Positions 45,071 through 59,373 of a stretch of DNA of 64,000 nt are shown piece by piece. The notes beneath the pieces were generated by a model. It saw nothing but the letters and a program-made list of their open reading frames with translations. It searched no databases and was not told where the DNA came from. How positions within the stretch are numbered: position 1 is the stretch's first letter; the number at the start of each line of letters is the position of its first letter. The position numbers were made by a program, and so were the translations under genes. Origin of the DNA: Chrysomallon squamiferum (lineage: Eukaryota; Animalia; Mollusca); assembly GCA_012295275.1 (NCBI GenBank), contig CM022665.1, forward strand, positions 31,248,001 to 31,312,000. Direction: 5' to 3'.

Positions 45071-46662
45071 TCTACAAAAAATACAAAACAACCAAACTCC
45101 TTCCCCCAAAAAATGAAACAATGCAAACATATGTATATTAAATATATATATTAATATATATTTGAATTTTTTGGTTTATTCATGGTGTTAAACAAGTGAT
45201 GACACATACTGACAATGTGCCAAAAAGCTACATGGTATGTAAATACATATTACATTCTAATATCACTGTCACTGGTTAATTTCACAGTGTGAGGCTAGTG
45301 TGTATTACATCATTGCAAACTTAACAAGTTAATTAAATAGTTTTTCACACACTGGTGATAATTTCTCTGGTTAATGGTACTAATGATTATCAATCAAAGT
45401 GTGGGCTGTTTAATTAACACACTGCAAATACAGTGACAGTTAAATACATCAGCATCTTATTAAAAACATATGCACCTGTCTTGGTCAAAATGATTAAAAA
45501 ATAATGAGGCAGAATCAAGCATGCTAGAACATTTTCCACAAAGTGTACATGTTTATGACATACAGATATGATGCAGTAGAAATAGTAATAGTAGTTTGCT
45601 GTTTTAATGGTAGTAGTAGCAGCAACAGTTGTAATATTAGTGATAGTACTAGTAGTAATATCTGTAGTTGTAAAACGAGAATGGATATTCAGGAGTGGTA
45701 ATTTTAGTAGTAACAGTAGTAGCAGTTGTTGTAAAAGTAGTAGTAGTAGTAAAATGCTAATGGCTGTATAGAAGTTTTAGTTGCAGTTACTGAATAGATG
45801 TAGTAGTGTTAGCAGTAATAATGATATAGGACTGCTAGTTGTAGTAGCAGTAATAGTAGAAAAGGCAGCTGTAGTAAAAGTAGAGGTTATTCTTGTGTGT
45901 GTGTGTGTAATGATATATAATATACTGAAATCATATAATAATCTATAGAAATGAGTCTGAATTTTAAAACATTACAAAATTTATAAATATATATATATAT
46001 TGAACATTTTGGTTGCTACTGTACACAGAATATTCATTAACAAGTTAAAATATTAGTATATAAAACCAAATAAAAGTTGATCTTTTCTGCCAACATGGAT
46101 GCTAAGTAAGGAAATAAAAAGTCATAAATAAATTTAAAAAAAAAAGAACATGAAAAACAAAATATCTATATTTCTTTTTCTGTTTAACAGTTTAAGTTTT
46201 TGAATAAAGTCATATAAGTTATATCATTTATACAACTACCATGGAGACAATATATATAAAATATACAGTGCCTTTTAAATTCGGTAATTTGGGGTCAGTC
46301 AACTGTCCAGATTGTTATATTAGTATTGTATAACAATCTTTATTGCTATTTATTTATTTATTAATATTTATTTAAACAAGTAAATCATATTATTGCTGTT
46401 GACAAAAACAATATTAAAATGTTAAAAGATTAAAAAATACCTTGTGTTAAGAAGAAAATAGAATTAAAAGGCATTCACCAGAGGTAATCTATACAAGGTA
46501 CACGACTGCACTAACTCCAACATTAAATTATTACCTGTTTAATCGATAACCCGGGTTTGATGGGTGGGTACTGTGGGAATTCGTGATACGGCTAATAATT
46601 AATAAAAGAGTTAAATATATAAAAAATATTTGAATTGATTGCTGTTAAAATATGGATTTTAC

Positions 46663-46850
46663 CTTGTTCTAGGGTGCACGCTCAAAACAAGAATTAAGAA
46701 TCAACTCGACAATACACAACGTCCTTAACAGGAACGCACCGGTGGAACACCCAACGGCAAACAGGCCTAATCGTCCGCGTTTCACCTGGCCAAATAGTAC
46801 TTCAACTTATCACAATGTCTCATAAAACAGTAACCACAAAATGAAATCTT
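46663..46850 (-). other. Probable non-coding first exon of myosin VI (5' boundary approximate)
   Basis: The ATG exon has an acceptor (tattccag at 37253-37260), so an upstream exon is required; nearest CpG-rich segment ends in a minus-strand donor AAG|gtaaaa at 46663/46662. Confidence 0.5.
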
Positions 46851-47830
46851 CGTGAATAATATTTCTTCCTGAAATGACTTTTGAAATAACTATATAATAA
46901 ATATAGTTGTTTTCAGTAATTTTATAATTTAGTTTTTATTTCTTGCGTAGTGATATATTAAATAGGATCTCATGACGTCATGGTTGGGCGACATCCACGA
47001 TTCACCGGATATTTATATGTATATTTTGAGAAATAGGTAACAAGAACATGAACAAAGATAGAACGTGTTTATCAGGATACCTTTGTCGGGTAGAAAGCAG
47101 AGCAGTCTATACCCTAGTTTCTTTAGTTTCGTTTCTTTTCTCTTTTTTTTTTTTTTTTTTTAACTTGTTACATTGTCATCAGTCTAAAAATTAATAAACT
47201 TTATTTTCACTTTTTTCTTTTCGTCAAATCCAGTTATATAATTTTATTTTATTTATTTATTTATTAAAATAACTTGTTTCCATTCTAGAAATAACAGTTT
47301 TATATTATTATTTATTCTTACAAAAAATAAATAAATAAATAAATTTAAATTAAAAAAACCCCCAAAAACCTTTATTTAATATGAATATGTAATACCATTT
47401 ATATACGACTTAAATAATTAATTATTTGTGAATTTTTCAGTATATCTTTTGCATATCTATTTTAAATGTAAAAACTCTACATATTTTATTATGCAAATTA
47501 ACTTTTAGGCTAATATTTATATAAGAAATGCCTGATACATTATTTATGACATATGGTTCATATAATGTATTCTGGAAACACTGAGTAAGACTTTAGTAAT
47601 AATTATTATTATTTATTTATTTATTTTATTTTATTTTATTATTATTATTATTATTTTTTTTTTTTTCTCTCTGTAACCTAACTTTCAAAATTCTCTTATA
47701 AATGCGTTCATGCCAAGTTCGCGTTCTGTATAGATTATATGCAATTTTATTGTAAATATTTAAAAAATTTATTGATTTAGATTCCTTATTGCTATCAGTT
47801 TCTAGACGACTATACGTCCTAAAATAATAT

Positions 47831-47831
<1 letters not shown>

Positions 47832-47892
<61 letters not shown>
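47832..47892. repeat. (CT)n microsatellite
   Basis: Perfect run; source of the spurious ERERER ORFs. Confidence 0.95.
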
Positions 47893-47895
<3 letters not shown>

Positions 47896-48568
47896 AAACA
47901 ATAATGTATTATAATAATTTTGACATCGCTTGAACAATGAAAATCTTGGAGCTTTCGTAACAGTAATATAAAATGAAGATGAGAAAACCTGAAACTGACG
48001 ATCAAGAGTTTTAATAAGAGAAAAATAATGTTGTTATCCAAATGAATAAACTAGCATGTCAGGTTTTTCAAGTTCAAAGAATATTATTGCAAGTGTCACC
48101 AGCTGCGCTAAATTACGAAGTGACGGTTTTGCATTTAAAAAAAAAATATATATATATGGAAGAAGAATAAGAGGGAAAAAGTGAATGTACAGTGTTACTT
48201 TGTAGAGTCGTATATCAAAATATGGAAATTTTGTTCTGAAATAAACACGCAAAAAAAGATTTTTTCTTTGAAATAAATTTAAACTTAAAAATAGTTTTTT
48301 TTTTCCCCCCTACTGGATGGTAGATTTAGTGTTGGTTTATACTGTTAAAATAGCAATATGTAGGCTGAATGCGCAAAACACTTGAAAATTAAAAAATAAA
48401 TAAATAAAATATAATATAACTAAATAAATAAATCAGAGATAAGTTAGATGTTACACCATACAATCGTAGCGGAATTTTGTCTTAAAGCTGAATTAAACTT
48501 CTAATGATCTGACATTTATGTCCAGAGATCGGTTCAGTTAAGTATAAAATTTTATTTATTTATTTATT

Positions 48569-48607
<39 letters not shown>

Positions 48608-49813
48608 GCTGTTGACTTGTTGATTTTGTTGTGTAGATGTATTGTTGTTCTTGTTGATTGATTGACTGATTTCTTCGTATTGTATAAGGGAAAGATTATT
48701 CGCAGCATAAATATATAAATTAAAAACGCCTTTGTAAATTATCTAATTAAGTACCTAAAAAACACACCACAGATAAATACGCATATATAATGAAGAGAGT
48801 AATCAACAATTAAAATAGATTTAAGTTAATGGTTATTTCAGCCGAGATATTTTACTCCAACAATTAATAGGTTTTTTAATTCTATAGACAATATTTCCTA
48901 TGGTTGATTTGTTTTATTACATTATTATTATATATTACGATAATTTCATTGCTTCCAGAACGTTCCCAAATAATAATAAGAAACTGGTATATTGATTCAA
49001 TTTACCAATATTGATGTTATTATTGTTATTATTCTTTATTTCTTTATTTATTTATTTATTATTATTATTATATTTTTAAAATTATTATTATTGTTGTTAT
49101 TATTATTATTATTTTGTTTTTGCCATTGTTTCGTAGTCATATAATATGTGCTTTTAATACGTTTAATCCATTTTTTTTAAACATTTTTATTTTTAAATAC
49201 ATATGTGAAAAATGCATTATTAAACAAGCTTAAACAAATAACTTTTATCCATCTTCTAACCAGAAATAAATTCGTGTTCCTGCTATAGGTACTGTATCCA
49301 GACGATAACGTTATTTTTAATTTTATTGCGACATTTTACCGATCTAAAAAATAAAAAGAATTACATAAATAAAGTTAATAATAATAAAACAACAACAAAT
49401 AAACATAAAATAAATAAATAAATAAATATTTAAATAAAATAAATAACAATAAATAGAAGAGAGGAAAAAAATGGACAATATTAAATCGAAAGAGGACATG
49501 ACCGAAACGACAGGGAATAAGAAACTTTCAATATTTGTTGGTTTTCTTAGACATTAGTTCTATAATTGTGAATATTAAATTCAAAACTATTTAAAACAGA
49601 GGAGTTATTTTATATATATATATATATATAATCACATACAGTTTATTGACAGGTGCGTTATTTTTTCACCAGAATCCATTCAAAAATAAATATGATGTTA
49701 TCTCCAAACACATTTCTGTAAAAAAAAAAAAAAAAAAAAAGAAATTCTCCTTTTAAAAAACATAACATAAATAAAAAAAAAAAAAAAACTGGAGAGAATG
49801 TATGAAATAAACG

Positions 49814-49816
<3 letters not shown>

Positions 49817-49881
<65 letters not shown>
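49817..49881. repeat. (AT)n microsatellite
   Basis: Perfect run; source of the spurious IYIYIY ORFs. Confidence 0.95.
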
Positions 49882-49884
<3 letters not shown>

Positions 49885-50132
49885 TCTTCCACAAAACCGA
49901 AAACAGAACAAAACAGTAACAAACATCAATATAATAATGGTAACCCGTAAAGAAAACACCAACAAAATATTAAGAAAATAAATGATTAACCAGTAACATA
50001 GCTAATTAAAGAAACATTAATGTTTATTATTTGACAGCCCAAACTGATACTCTAGAAATACAATCGACGGAAGTTACATTGTCATGCAGATATTGACCTA
50101 GGCTATCGTTAGAGTTGTTTCCCCTGAGACAC

Positions 50133-53100
50133 ATGTCGACGAGCAATATGTTGTCGAATTTATGCCGAACAGTTCTGGGCAATAGAAAAAAAATCCTGCA
50201 ACCAACATTTTCAGTGCTGTTGCACAGAGGATACAGCGATTATCCAGAAGAGTAAGTGAGCAGATGTAATCTTTATTTATGTTTTTGTTGCCTTTCACCG
50301 TTACGGTTTTGTTCAGTGTCTTGGCTGTATTATACTACTAACTTAATAATTGAGTATTGTTAGTTATTCCATTTTCAGAAACATGTCTATTCGTATATGT
50401 TTTGACGAACTGGTAGAACCTGTTTGTTAGAGTGGCCAACTAGGTAGTTCCTAAGAATAAAACATTTTATGCATTCAGTACAAAACATGCAGGGTCGCTG
50501 TTACCTGTTCTATTTCAGTATTTGGTACTCAAATACTAACTTATCAAAGGTTATGTTATGAGAAAATGCATTAAAAAAAATATATATTTGTTTTATAGTT
50601 TCACTCAGCCAAGCACAGTAAATTGTAATGCATTGTAATACACGGTTTTTAGAAAGGCGTCCAGATAGAAATTGCAAAAATATGTGATTAGTGTCCTGTC
50701 CTATTTTTGAAATCCTGATGAAAACAAGTAAGCATATTTATTTTTTGTGAACCTTCAGCATTTACTATTGTTGGTCAGTTAACAACAAAACAGAATGTTA
50801 GACTACACAATATGTCATAAAGGAGAACACATTAGGATTTTTTTTTTGTATATTTCTGTGTTAAGACCTTTAGAATATGGAAAGGAAAAACAAAAAATAA
50901 AAATAAAATAAATACGATTTCTAATAAGTGAAATGATACTTTTGATGTTACCAGTGGACATAAACAATAGGAATATAAAGATCACTTACCAATATTACTA
51001 GTAGTTTTGAAAGAGCAGTTTTATGTTATTTTATTATTTATATATGATTAGAACTTTACTAATAAAAAAAATATTTCTTTTATTTTAATTTTTATTAAAA
51101 TATTTTTGCATTTGATATTTGTTCTTTCATTTCTTTTACAACAGAGGATCTAAGTCACTCATTGGAAGAAACTTTTTGACTCTAAAAGATTTTTCAGCTG
51201 CAGAGATAGAACAGCTGCTATGGACAGCAAAAGATCTGAAAACAAGATTGAAATTCAATAAAGAGGTAAATAAATATTTAATAAATTTTATTTTATAGTT
51301 AATATTGTTAATGATAAATAAGTTTGAGAAAAAAATTAAATTTCTAAAATGAAGTTTATAAAATCTTACAAAAATTTAACTAAATTAATATAACTAATTA
51401 GAATAAACAAAAATAACCACATTTGTCTTACACAGTTAAAAATAATGCATATAATCAAATCTTATAACATTTAAGAAAATAAAAAATAAAAGAATTGTAT
51501 TAATTTCTTTTTGTCTGTGAAATATCAACATTAACTAACCTTAATATTTCAACACAGAACAACAGTGTTGTTTATAGTTACAATAATTATTTTCACTTTT
51601 GAGTGATTAAAAGAAATTCATGTTCACATGCTTGTTTTCAGATTTTTCAGCCTCTTGTTGGCAAATCAATTGCCATGATATTCCAAAAGAGAAGCACAAG
51701 AACAAGACTTTCTACAGAAACTGGTAAAAATATACTGCTCAACAAAATAAACTTTCACAAACTATAATTCTTAAGAAACTGTATTAGACAAGTACTGAAG
51801 TAATTTCATAATTATTTTCAAATTTTTGTTATTCCTATAGACAATATATTTGTTTTTGATATGTGAACTTGTTTCTTTATTAAGAAAATTAAACATATTT
51901 TGCTAATAATTATTGTTGCTTTTGTTGTTGTTATTTTTTAAAACTAACACAGCAAAATCATTGTTTAATAACAATTTGTTTCAGTATAGATTTCATTTAA
52001 ACTAACACTATTTTCTAATATTCTTGTCTTCAATTAAATAAGCCAGATAGTCTTTTATTTGAGCAGTACCATTTTCACTTTTTGATAAAGATATAAGAAT
52101 TTGAGTTGTTCAGAACTAAAAAGTAGATTATCTTTGACAATTCTAGGGATGACATTGTTAGGTGGTCATGCTGCATTCCTTGGACCTGATGATATTCATC
52201 TTGGGGTGAATGAAACTGTCAAAGATTCAGCCAGGTACGTAGTTTTCTGTTTATTTCTTGTCTATTATTCTCGAAAGGGTCTGGTGTCACCTTTTACAAA
52301 TGTTTTTATAGAAAAAGAACCTAAAAAAAACATGCAGATATTTTTATCTGTAATAATAAATTTTAAATTTAACATTGACAGCATAATTTTTTTTTTTTTT
52401 TAGTTAATTATTTTGTTATTCAAATTTTTAATTATTATTTTTCAGTTAATTTAAAAAAAAAAATTAAATTATTTTTAATTTTTAATTTAATTTATTCATT
52501 TAATTATTATTATTCTTTTTTTTAACAATGAATTATTATTAATTTCATTTAATTATTATTATTATTTTAAAAATTAATCATTTTTAATTTAATTTGTTTA
52601 TTTAGTTATTCTGCTTTAATTCATTTCAGAGTACTATGCAGAATGTGTGACCTGATTCTTGCTCGTGTCTATGGACAGGAAGATCTGGATGATTTGGCTG
52701 CTGAATCATCTGTCCCAGTGATCAGTGGCCTGTCTGATCTTTATCATCCTCTTCAGATCCTAGCTGACTTCTTAACCCTCCAGGTCTCACAACCTTTACT
52801 TGTATACTAGTAGCCAAATTAAACTTTGGAAAACATCCAGAATCTGGTTAGAGAAAGCATTAAAATGATTTTGTTATTGCCTTTAGTATTCGTATCAAGG
52901 ACATACAGTTACAAAACTATAACATTTTTTTATGTACATGTGAACTTGATTGTGTATTTATTACGGGATAATTCAAAGTAAGTATACAGAAAAGAGAAAA
53001 TGGTCAAAACTTTTCTCAGTAACCAGCATTTTAAATAGCCTAAATTCATAAAATATAATATTTATTTCTAAGTAGTTAGTTTACTTATTACTCATAACCA

Positions 53101-56094
53101 GTCTTTGTAAATAATAACATAATGGCAATAAAATAACAAACTTGTAAAAATGAAAACATTCTGATATTTCCATTGCTTTTTGTGTATACAGATGTGAAAT
53201 GAAAACAAAAACTTCTGTTGCCTGGATGTTTAAATAAGTTTGTTCCAGTTTGTATATGTGTAACAAGCAAGACATTAAATACTTAAACAAATTCAGTTTA
53301 CAGTAAATTATTTTTTTTGTCCTGAATAGTCCATATATTTTTATAAATATATAGATTAATGTCTCTAAATACATACATTTATGCATACATAAGTTGATTT
53401 ATTACATTTAATTGTTTTTAAAATTTATTTTTAACAGGAGTATTTTGGCTATCTTCGAGGTCTGAAGATTGCATGGGTTGGTGATGGCAACAACCTTGCC
53501 CACTCCCTCATGATGGGTTGTGGAAAACTTGGAATTGATATTTCTGTGGCTACACCGAGGGTAACCGTTAACATATTGTATTTAATGTTAGCATTTGAAG
53601 AATAAAGTAAATTTTTAAAATAGTTTAATTACAGACATTTTAACCTCTAACAGTGTCTTATCAGTTTTCAGTTATTAAATAAGTATATACATAAAAATTA
53701 AATTATAATCTTGTTTTGCTTGTAAAATGTTATTATTTCCTTCTATTTAAGGGTTATGAATGCAGTCCAAAAGTTGTTGAAGACATGTTGAAACTTGCTG
53801 GCAAGGTTTGTTTAATTAGTGTTTTATTAGCTATTTTGTTATGTATTGATGTGACTGTTATGTTAATGTTAGTTGTTAACTAACCATGAAAAGGCAAAAC
53901 AAGCAGACCACTATAAATTGGTGTTAGTTTAAATTACAATACATAAGTAATAATTTTATAATAATAAGATTGAGAAAATGAATTAAGTTTCGTCTTCATC
54001 TATTTTAAATTTATGAATAGAAATAATTTCTGTTGTAAGATGATAATTTAATAGAAAAAATTGATAAAAAGCTTTTGAAGATGTAAATTTTGTTTTATAT
54101 AATAGTGTCATATATTGTTGCATGTAATAGTATTATATATTGTTTAAAGATCTTATTATAAAACCGATGTATTGTAGAAACACATTCAGTTGTGTTTGTT
54201 TATGATAATTAATACTGTACAATGATGATAAAAAATTGATGTATTGTAGAAAGACATGCAGTTTCACACAACCAATGATCCACTGGAGGCTGTTTACAGA
54301 GCTAATGTCATAGTGACAGACACATGGATTAGTATGGGACAGGAGGAAGAAAAAGAAAAAAGACTGCGGGATTTTGAAGGATACCAAGTCACCAGAAAGG
54401 TTGTTTTGTTTTGCTTTTAATGATGATGTAATAAAGGATTGCAAATCTAGAGCAGCAAATCTAGCATTAAATAATCAGTTATATCAGTTTTTAAAAATCT
54501 GTATCAGTTAATAAAATAGATGAGTGAAGTGAAGTACAGGTTGATTGTCTCTTATCTGAAATTTTGAAATCTGAAATATTTTCCAAGCAGCAGAAATAGG
54601 GATATCTTGCAGTTTTCAGATTTTTACATACAGAAACTTTATTTTGTGCACACAGTTACAAAAAAATAATATGTAGAATATCATGCAGACTATTTGATGA
54701 ACTGTATATGAGATATAAATGGAATTTAGACATAGATCCTTTTCTCTCACGCTATTTCCTTGATGCCAAAATTTGAAGCATTTTGGATAAATGATTCTCA
54801 GCCTGCATTGTTAAATCACTAGAAATGTTTTTTTTCATTTGCTTTTGTTCCATTAATAAGAATCTATTATGTAAACAATCGTTACATCATATCTGTAATT
54901 AAGTAGTACATTACAAAACTATGCTCAGCATCAAAAATTAATTAAAGGAACTGCTGAAGGATTTATAAAAAATCATTAGCAATGTTTGTATATAATTAAA
55001 ATTAAATATTAAATTATATCACTTATTATGAAAAATGTCTTGAACTGTTTCTGAAGTTTTGTTTCTGTGATTATTTTAGTAAGTTGAAAAGGTTCCTATA
55101 AAAGTTACTGAGGAATCTGAAACATTCATTTCTTCAGATCTTTTTGTAAATTAATAAAAATAAATTCTATCAATTCAGATGTTAAAAGAGGCTCATGTCG
55201 ACTGGGTGTTTCTTCACTGTTTACCTAGGAAGAAGGAAGAAGTGGATGATGATATTTTCTATGACAAAAATTCTCTGGTCTGGCAGGAGGCTGAGAACAG
55301 AAAATGGACTGTTATGGTAACATGATTATGAACATATTGAAATTAAAACGTTTTTTGTGTTTAGAAATTTTAATTTGAATGGATGGAAGAATTGTGTAAA
55401 TAAGTTTGCTTAAAAGATATATATATATATATTGTTTTTTTTAAAATAGAAATCATTAAGATTTAGGCATTTTCATTTAAAGTTTTATATATTTATTAAA
55501 TGTGTTTATTTTAACAGCAGAGTTTTCAACATTTGGAAAATCTTTTGTTTAGTTATATATGTATATATTTTTTTTAATTTTCTGATGTATAATATTAGCA
55601 AAATAATGTGTAATAAATTATTGCATATTTTTATAAGTCACTGGTTAATAACAGAAAAAAGGGGGGATCTTTCTCAGTGTCATACATTATTTCATGAGGA
55701 ATTTTTTTTTTTTTTTTTTCCCTCCCTTTAATGTGGCCTGCCTAGTGATGAGCCATGTCTCATGTGGCCTATATATTAAAAATATTGCCAAAGCCAGGTC
55801 AGGAACACACATTTTTTTTATCTGAAAAAAAGTTTTTTTTCCATTTGTTCTGGAATATCCTTAGCATTTTTGTTGTTTTTCTTACACTAATTAGTTTCAG
55901 TTCCAGATGGGCTGTAATATAATACAGTTCAGAAACCCCCTTCCTTTCCGTTTGCAAAATTATCGCTAATCTTTTTATATAATTGTCAGTATTATATAAA
56001 AAATATTTCTCTGTTTTTTTAGGCTGTGATGCTTCATCTGCTAACAGACTATTTACCTGTCAGCCACAAACCAAAGTTCATGCGAGGAGGATAA
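50133..56094 (+). CDS. OTC: Ornithine carbamoyltransferase, mitochondrial, complete, 10 exons, 366 aa
   Basis: Exons 50133-50251, 51145-51265, 51642-51723, 52147-52234, 52630-52783, 53438-53560, 53752-53805, 54250-54399, 55179-55316, 56023-56094 (TAA); 1101 nt. Motifs [44 protein letters not shown]-terminus is a basic, acid-free transit-like peptide ending LHRGYS. Alternative ATG at 50148 possible. Confidence 0.95.
54537..54805. mobile_element. Tigger/pogo-type MITE in OTC intron 8
   Basis: Imperfect terminal inverted repeats ta|caggttgattgtctcttatctgaa ... ttggataaatgattctcagcctg|ca; resembles CAGGTTGAG-type Tigger ends. Confidence 0.55.
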
Positions 56095-57466
56095 TCTCAA
56101 TCTTATTTATCCATTACATCAGAAAAAAATGTTTAATACACATTTTATATCAGATTGATATGCAGCTTACATAAAATGCTTAATATTATTTTAAATACAG
56201 ATATTATTTTTACTTGTTAAGGATCTTTTTATAGCTTATATACATATATTTGGTGCAATTCACATTTATATACTAAATAACTTACCTGTAGGATATATAT
56301 TTGAGACTTCTGAAACATAAATATATATGTCAAAATTCTGTTTTTCATCAGTTTTCTAATTGGATCATTTTCTTTTTGGTCTTTAATTATTAAACTAATT
56401 TTTATTTTGTGTTACCTTTTTATTAAAATAATATATTGATTTTAAAATGTTTTAAATTATTCTTTTTTCATAAACTATACTCTTGTTTTAATTGTGTTAC
56501 CTAAATTTTTTATTTTTTACAAATATATTTGTTGATTGTAGATAATTAAATGTTTTGTCTATCCCATATTTTTTGCTCATTTGTTGAGGCATTTAAAAGC
56601 ATTTATAATTTATTTATTTAACTGCCTAAATAGATTTTTATTTACCAAGTTGTTAGCATAATATATTGATATTGTACTTTGAAATAAATCTATATTTTTG
56701 TATTAAAGATATAATAGATTTATATTTTTGTTTGCTTTTCTTTAAGCAAAATAAATATACTGTTTCGTTTTTCTGTCAAGATACTGGTTTGAAGTTAAAG
56801 GGAATTTGGCAATAAATAATCGGATGCTCAGTAAGTAGCAGTTTCTTTTGATATTTATATGGTTATAAAGTATTTTGTGTGCAGCATATTTTATATTGTA
56901 TTTATTTCTGTAACAGGTTTTTGAATTTCATTAAAAAGCAGTTTTAAAATATTCTCTGTCAGTTTCTCCTTGGTGCACATCAAAAGTATTTGAAATGTAT
57001 TTTTTCACTGATTATTATTCCTTGTAGTGGTTGTGATTTTAAATTTCCTTTTTGTGGAAATATATTTTTTCTATGTAATAAAAACATTTATCAACTTCAT
57101 AGAAAAAATTTGTTTACTTTTTATGTAAATCATAAATGTGTAATTTTTTGCAGGTAAAGTTATGCATATTCTTTAACTGCAAAACAAATGGATATTTCAG
57201 AAAATACTTTTAATGTGACATATATTATAACCTGTCAGAGTGCCTGTAGTGGTCAACATACACTGAGTAACAGAAGCATCTGAAGCATTTTGAGATACAC
57301 AAAAGATTTCTTTCTGCAAATCTGCATGGCAGCAGTGGACAACCTTATGCACATACTCTTTAACCAAATGTATAATATAGCCATATCATAATACATATAA
57401 CCATAGAATAAAAATGTGTTTATTATGTTATTAAATAAAACATCTTTCTTATACAGAAAACCCCCC

Positions 57467-57506
<40 letters not shown>

Positions 57507-58465
57507 ATTTAGACCAATAAAGAAAACAAACTACACAATAAGATATATATTACACATTTATTGCTGTATACAAATACTATAATATATTCACAGGTCACAT
57601 GGGAGAAAGCATGTAACCAATCACATGCTTTGTACTATTTTTTTAAATACACATTGGTAACAATTATTAGCACCCTTGTGTGCCATGCTTTTTAACTGTA
57701 AAAACTTGGTCACCATTTTCTGTATACTTCTGTCGATATGAGTAAAAAATAAATGAAATATCTTTTACGTATATGAATTGAAAAGCACTAGAATAGAAAA
57801 TACAAAATATATGCTGCACAAAGTGAACATTTTAATTATACATTTTACTTTAAAATGTAGACTAGACATAGCAATAGGCACTCAAATTTTATTTTAATTT
57901 TTCTTTATTTTCAAAAGAAAGAAAAACAAAAGATTTTATCCATTCATTTTCTAGTCTAAGGCCTTGTTAAAATCAAGAGACATATTTAATACAGAAACAT
58001 CATTTTGTTTTCTTAGAACAAAACAATTTCTTACCTATATCCATGTTAATTTAAAGAATAACACCAATGCTATTAAAGCAACATGAAAACTATTCAGTCA
58101 ATAAAATAAAAAACATTTACTTTTGTTTTTGGAAGACCATACATTTATTCAAAGATTTAAAAAGTTTAATTAAAAGGAAATGAATTCTAGATCATTTTGT
58201 GTTTATTTATTTTTAAACTTAAAAAAAAAAAAAAAAATGTTACCCGAAATCTTTGACGAAATCCACGAAACCACTATTATTTATTTTACACTGTAAAAGA
58301 ATCCATCTTTAAAATACTTTTAAAGAAGAAAAACAGAAATGTAGGACTATGATTGAGAATCATAATTTAAAAACTATTTTCATTTTCTGAGTAGAGTACA
58401 CAAAACAATATATAACAAAAGACTAATAATTCAAAATTATACATGTATCTGCTTGTTATATATAT

Positions 58466-58473
58466 TATAGAGG

Positions 58474-58514
<41 letters not shown>

Positions 58515-58727
58515 CCCCAATATAATTCATTTTAATTTCTTTTTTTAAATGAAAACAGTATAGATAAATACACTGTAACATGAAAATATATTTTACTAGT
58601 TTTCAAGTTCAATAGTCTCCACTTGTTATCCATCATTGTGAATGTATTCCTGGAATAAATACAGCTGGAGATTCAATTCTAAACAATATAGATTTTAATT
58701 TTTTTATTTTAAAAAGCACCCTTTATA
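58466..58727. mobile_element. Tc1/mariner-type MITE-like inverted repeat element
   Basis: tatagagggtgcttttaaaa ... ttttaaaaagcaccctttata inverted repeat set in TA runs, about 260 bp apart. Confidence 0.5.
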
Positions 58728-59373
58728 TATATAGTTTGACTTTTTAAAACAAGTAGCTAAAATGTAAAATATATAAGGAGATTTTTTAAATTAAAAACCC
58801 CCACAAAAGTGCTATTCCTGCAGTCTGGTACTAAATGCAGAAATACAACAAAATACAACAGAACAGAAACAAACAAGCAAAAAGTGCAATAAAAAAAAAA
58901 AAAAAAAAAGGACTATAAACAAACCAACAAAATGAGTATAAGAGTATTACAGCACAGTACAAGTTAATAAATTATACAGCCTTTACTCTGATGGTGTTAT
59001 TTTTTAAAAATCCAGTATATATGGATTATAATGTGCACAAATTAGGAATAATTATTAATTTTAAATCTTAAATGTACATACTGATGTATTTCTGATCATT
59101 TTTAGATACAAATCACAAGTCAGTATATTAATAATGCTTTAAACAACTGACACCAAAGAAGTTTGGGTTGACGTCATCAGCTAAAAAATTAAAATAAACT
59201 AATTATAATATTAATACCAGTAATATACATTACTACCTAAATATAGCTTATAAATTAATTTGTATTTAATTTCCACATAATTTGCATAATGATTTAAAAA
59301 AAATTTTTTTTGAAAACTTCACAACCTGTCATTGAAAAAGGCATTTTTGTAATTCATCAGAAATCAACATTGA

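Larger units (their letters stand above)
46500..50450. promoter_or_regulatory. CpG-retaining divergent promoter interval between MYO6 and OTC
   Basis: CpG is visibly frequent here and scarce in the gene bodies; palindrome CATGACGTCATG (CRE/ATF core) at 46971-46982; ETS-like CGGAAGT at 50068-50074 just upstream of the OTC ATG. Confidence 0.55.

Noticed and set aside
47626-48041. ERERER-repeat ORFs resembling SAH domains
   Set aside because: Translation of the (CT)n microsatellite; no splice sites or homology.
49658-49965. Three overlapping IYIYIY ORFs
   Set aside because: Translation of (AT)n and poly-A tracts.
59169-59176. Second TGACGTCA CRE octamer
   Set aside because: Isolated, in a presumed 3'UTR with no CpG-rich context.
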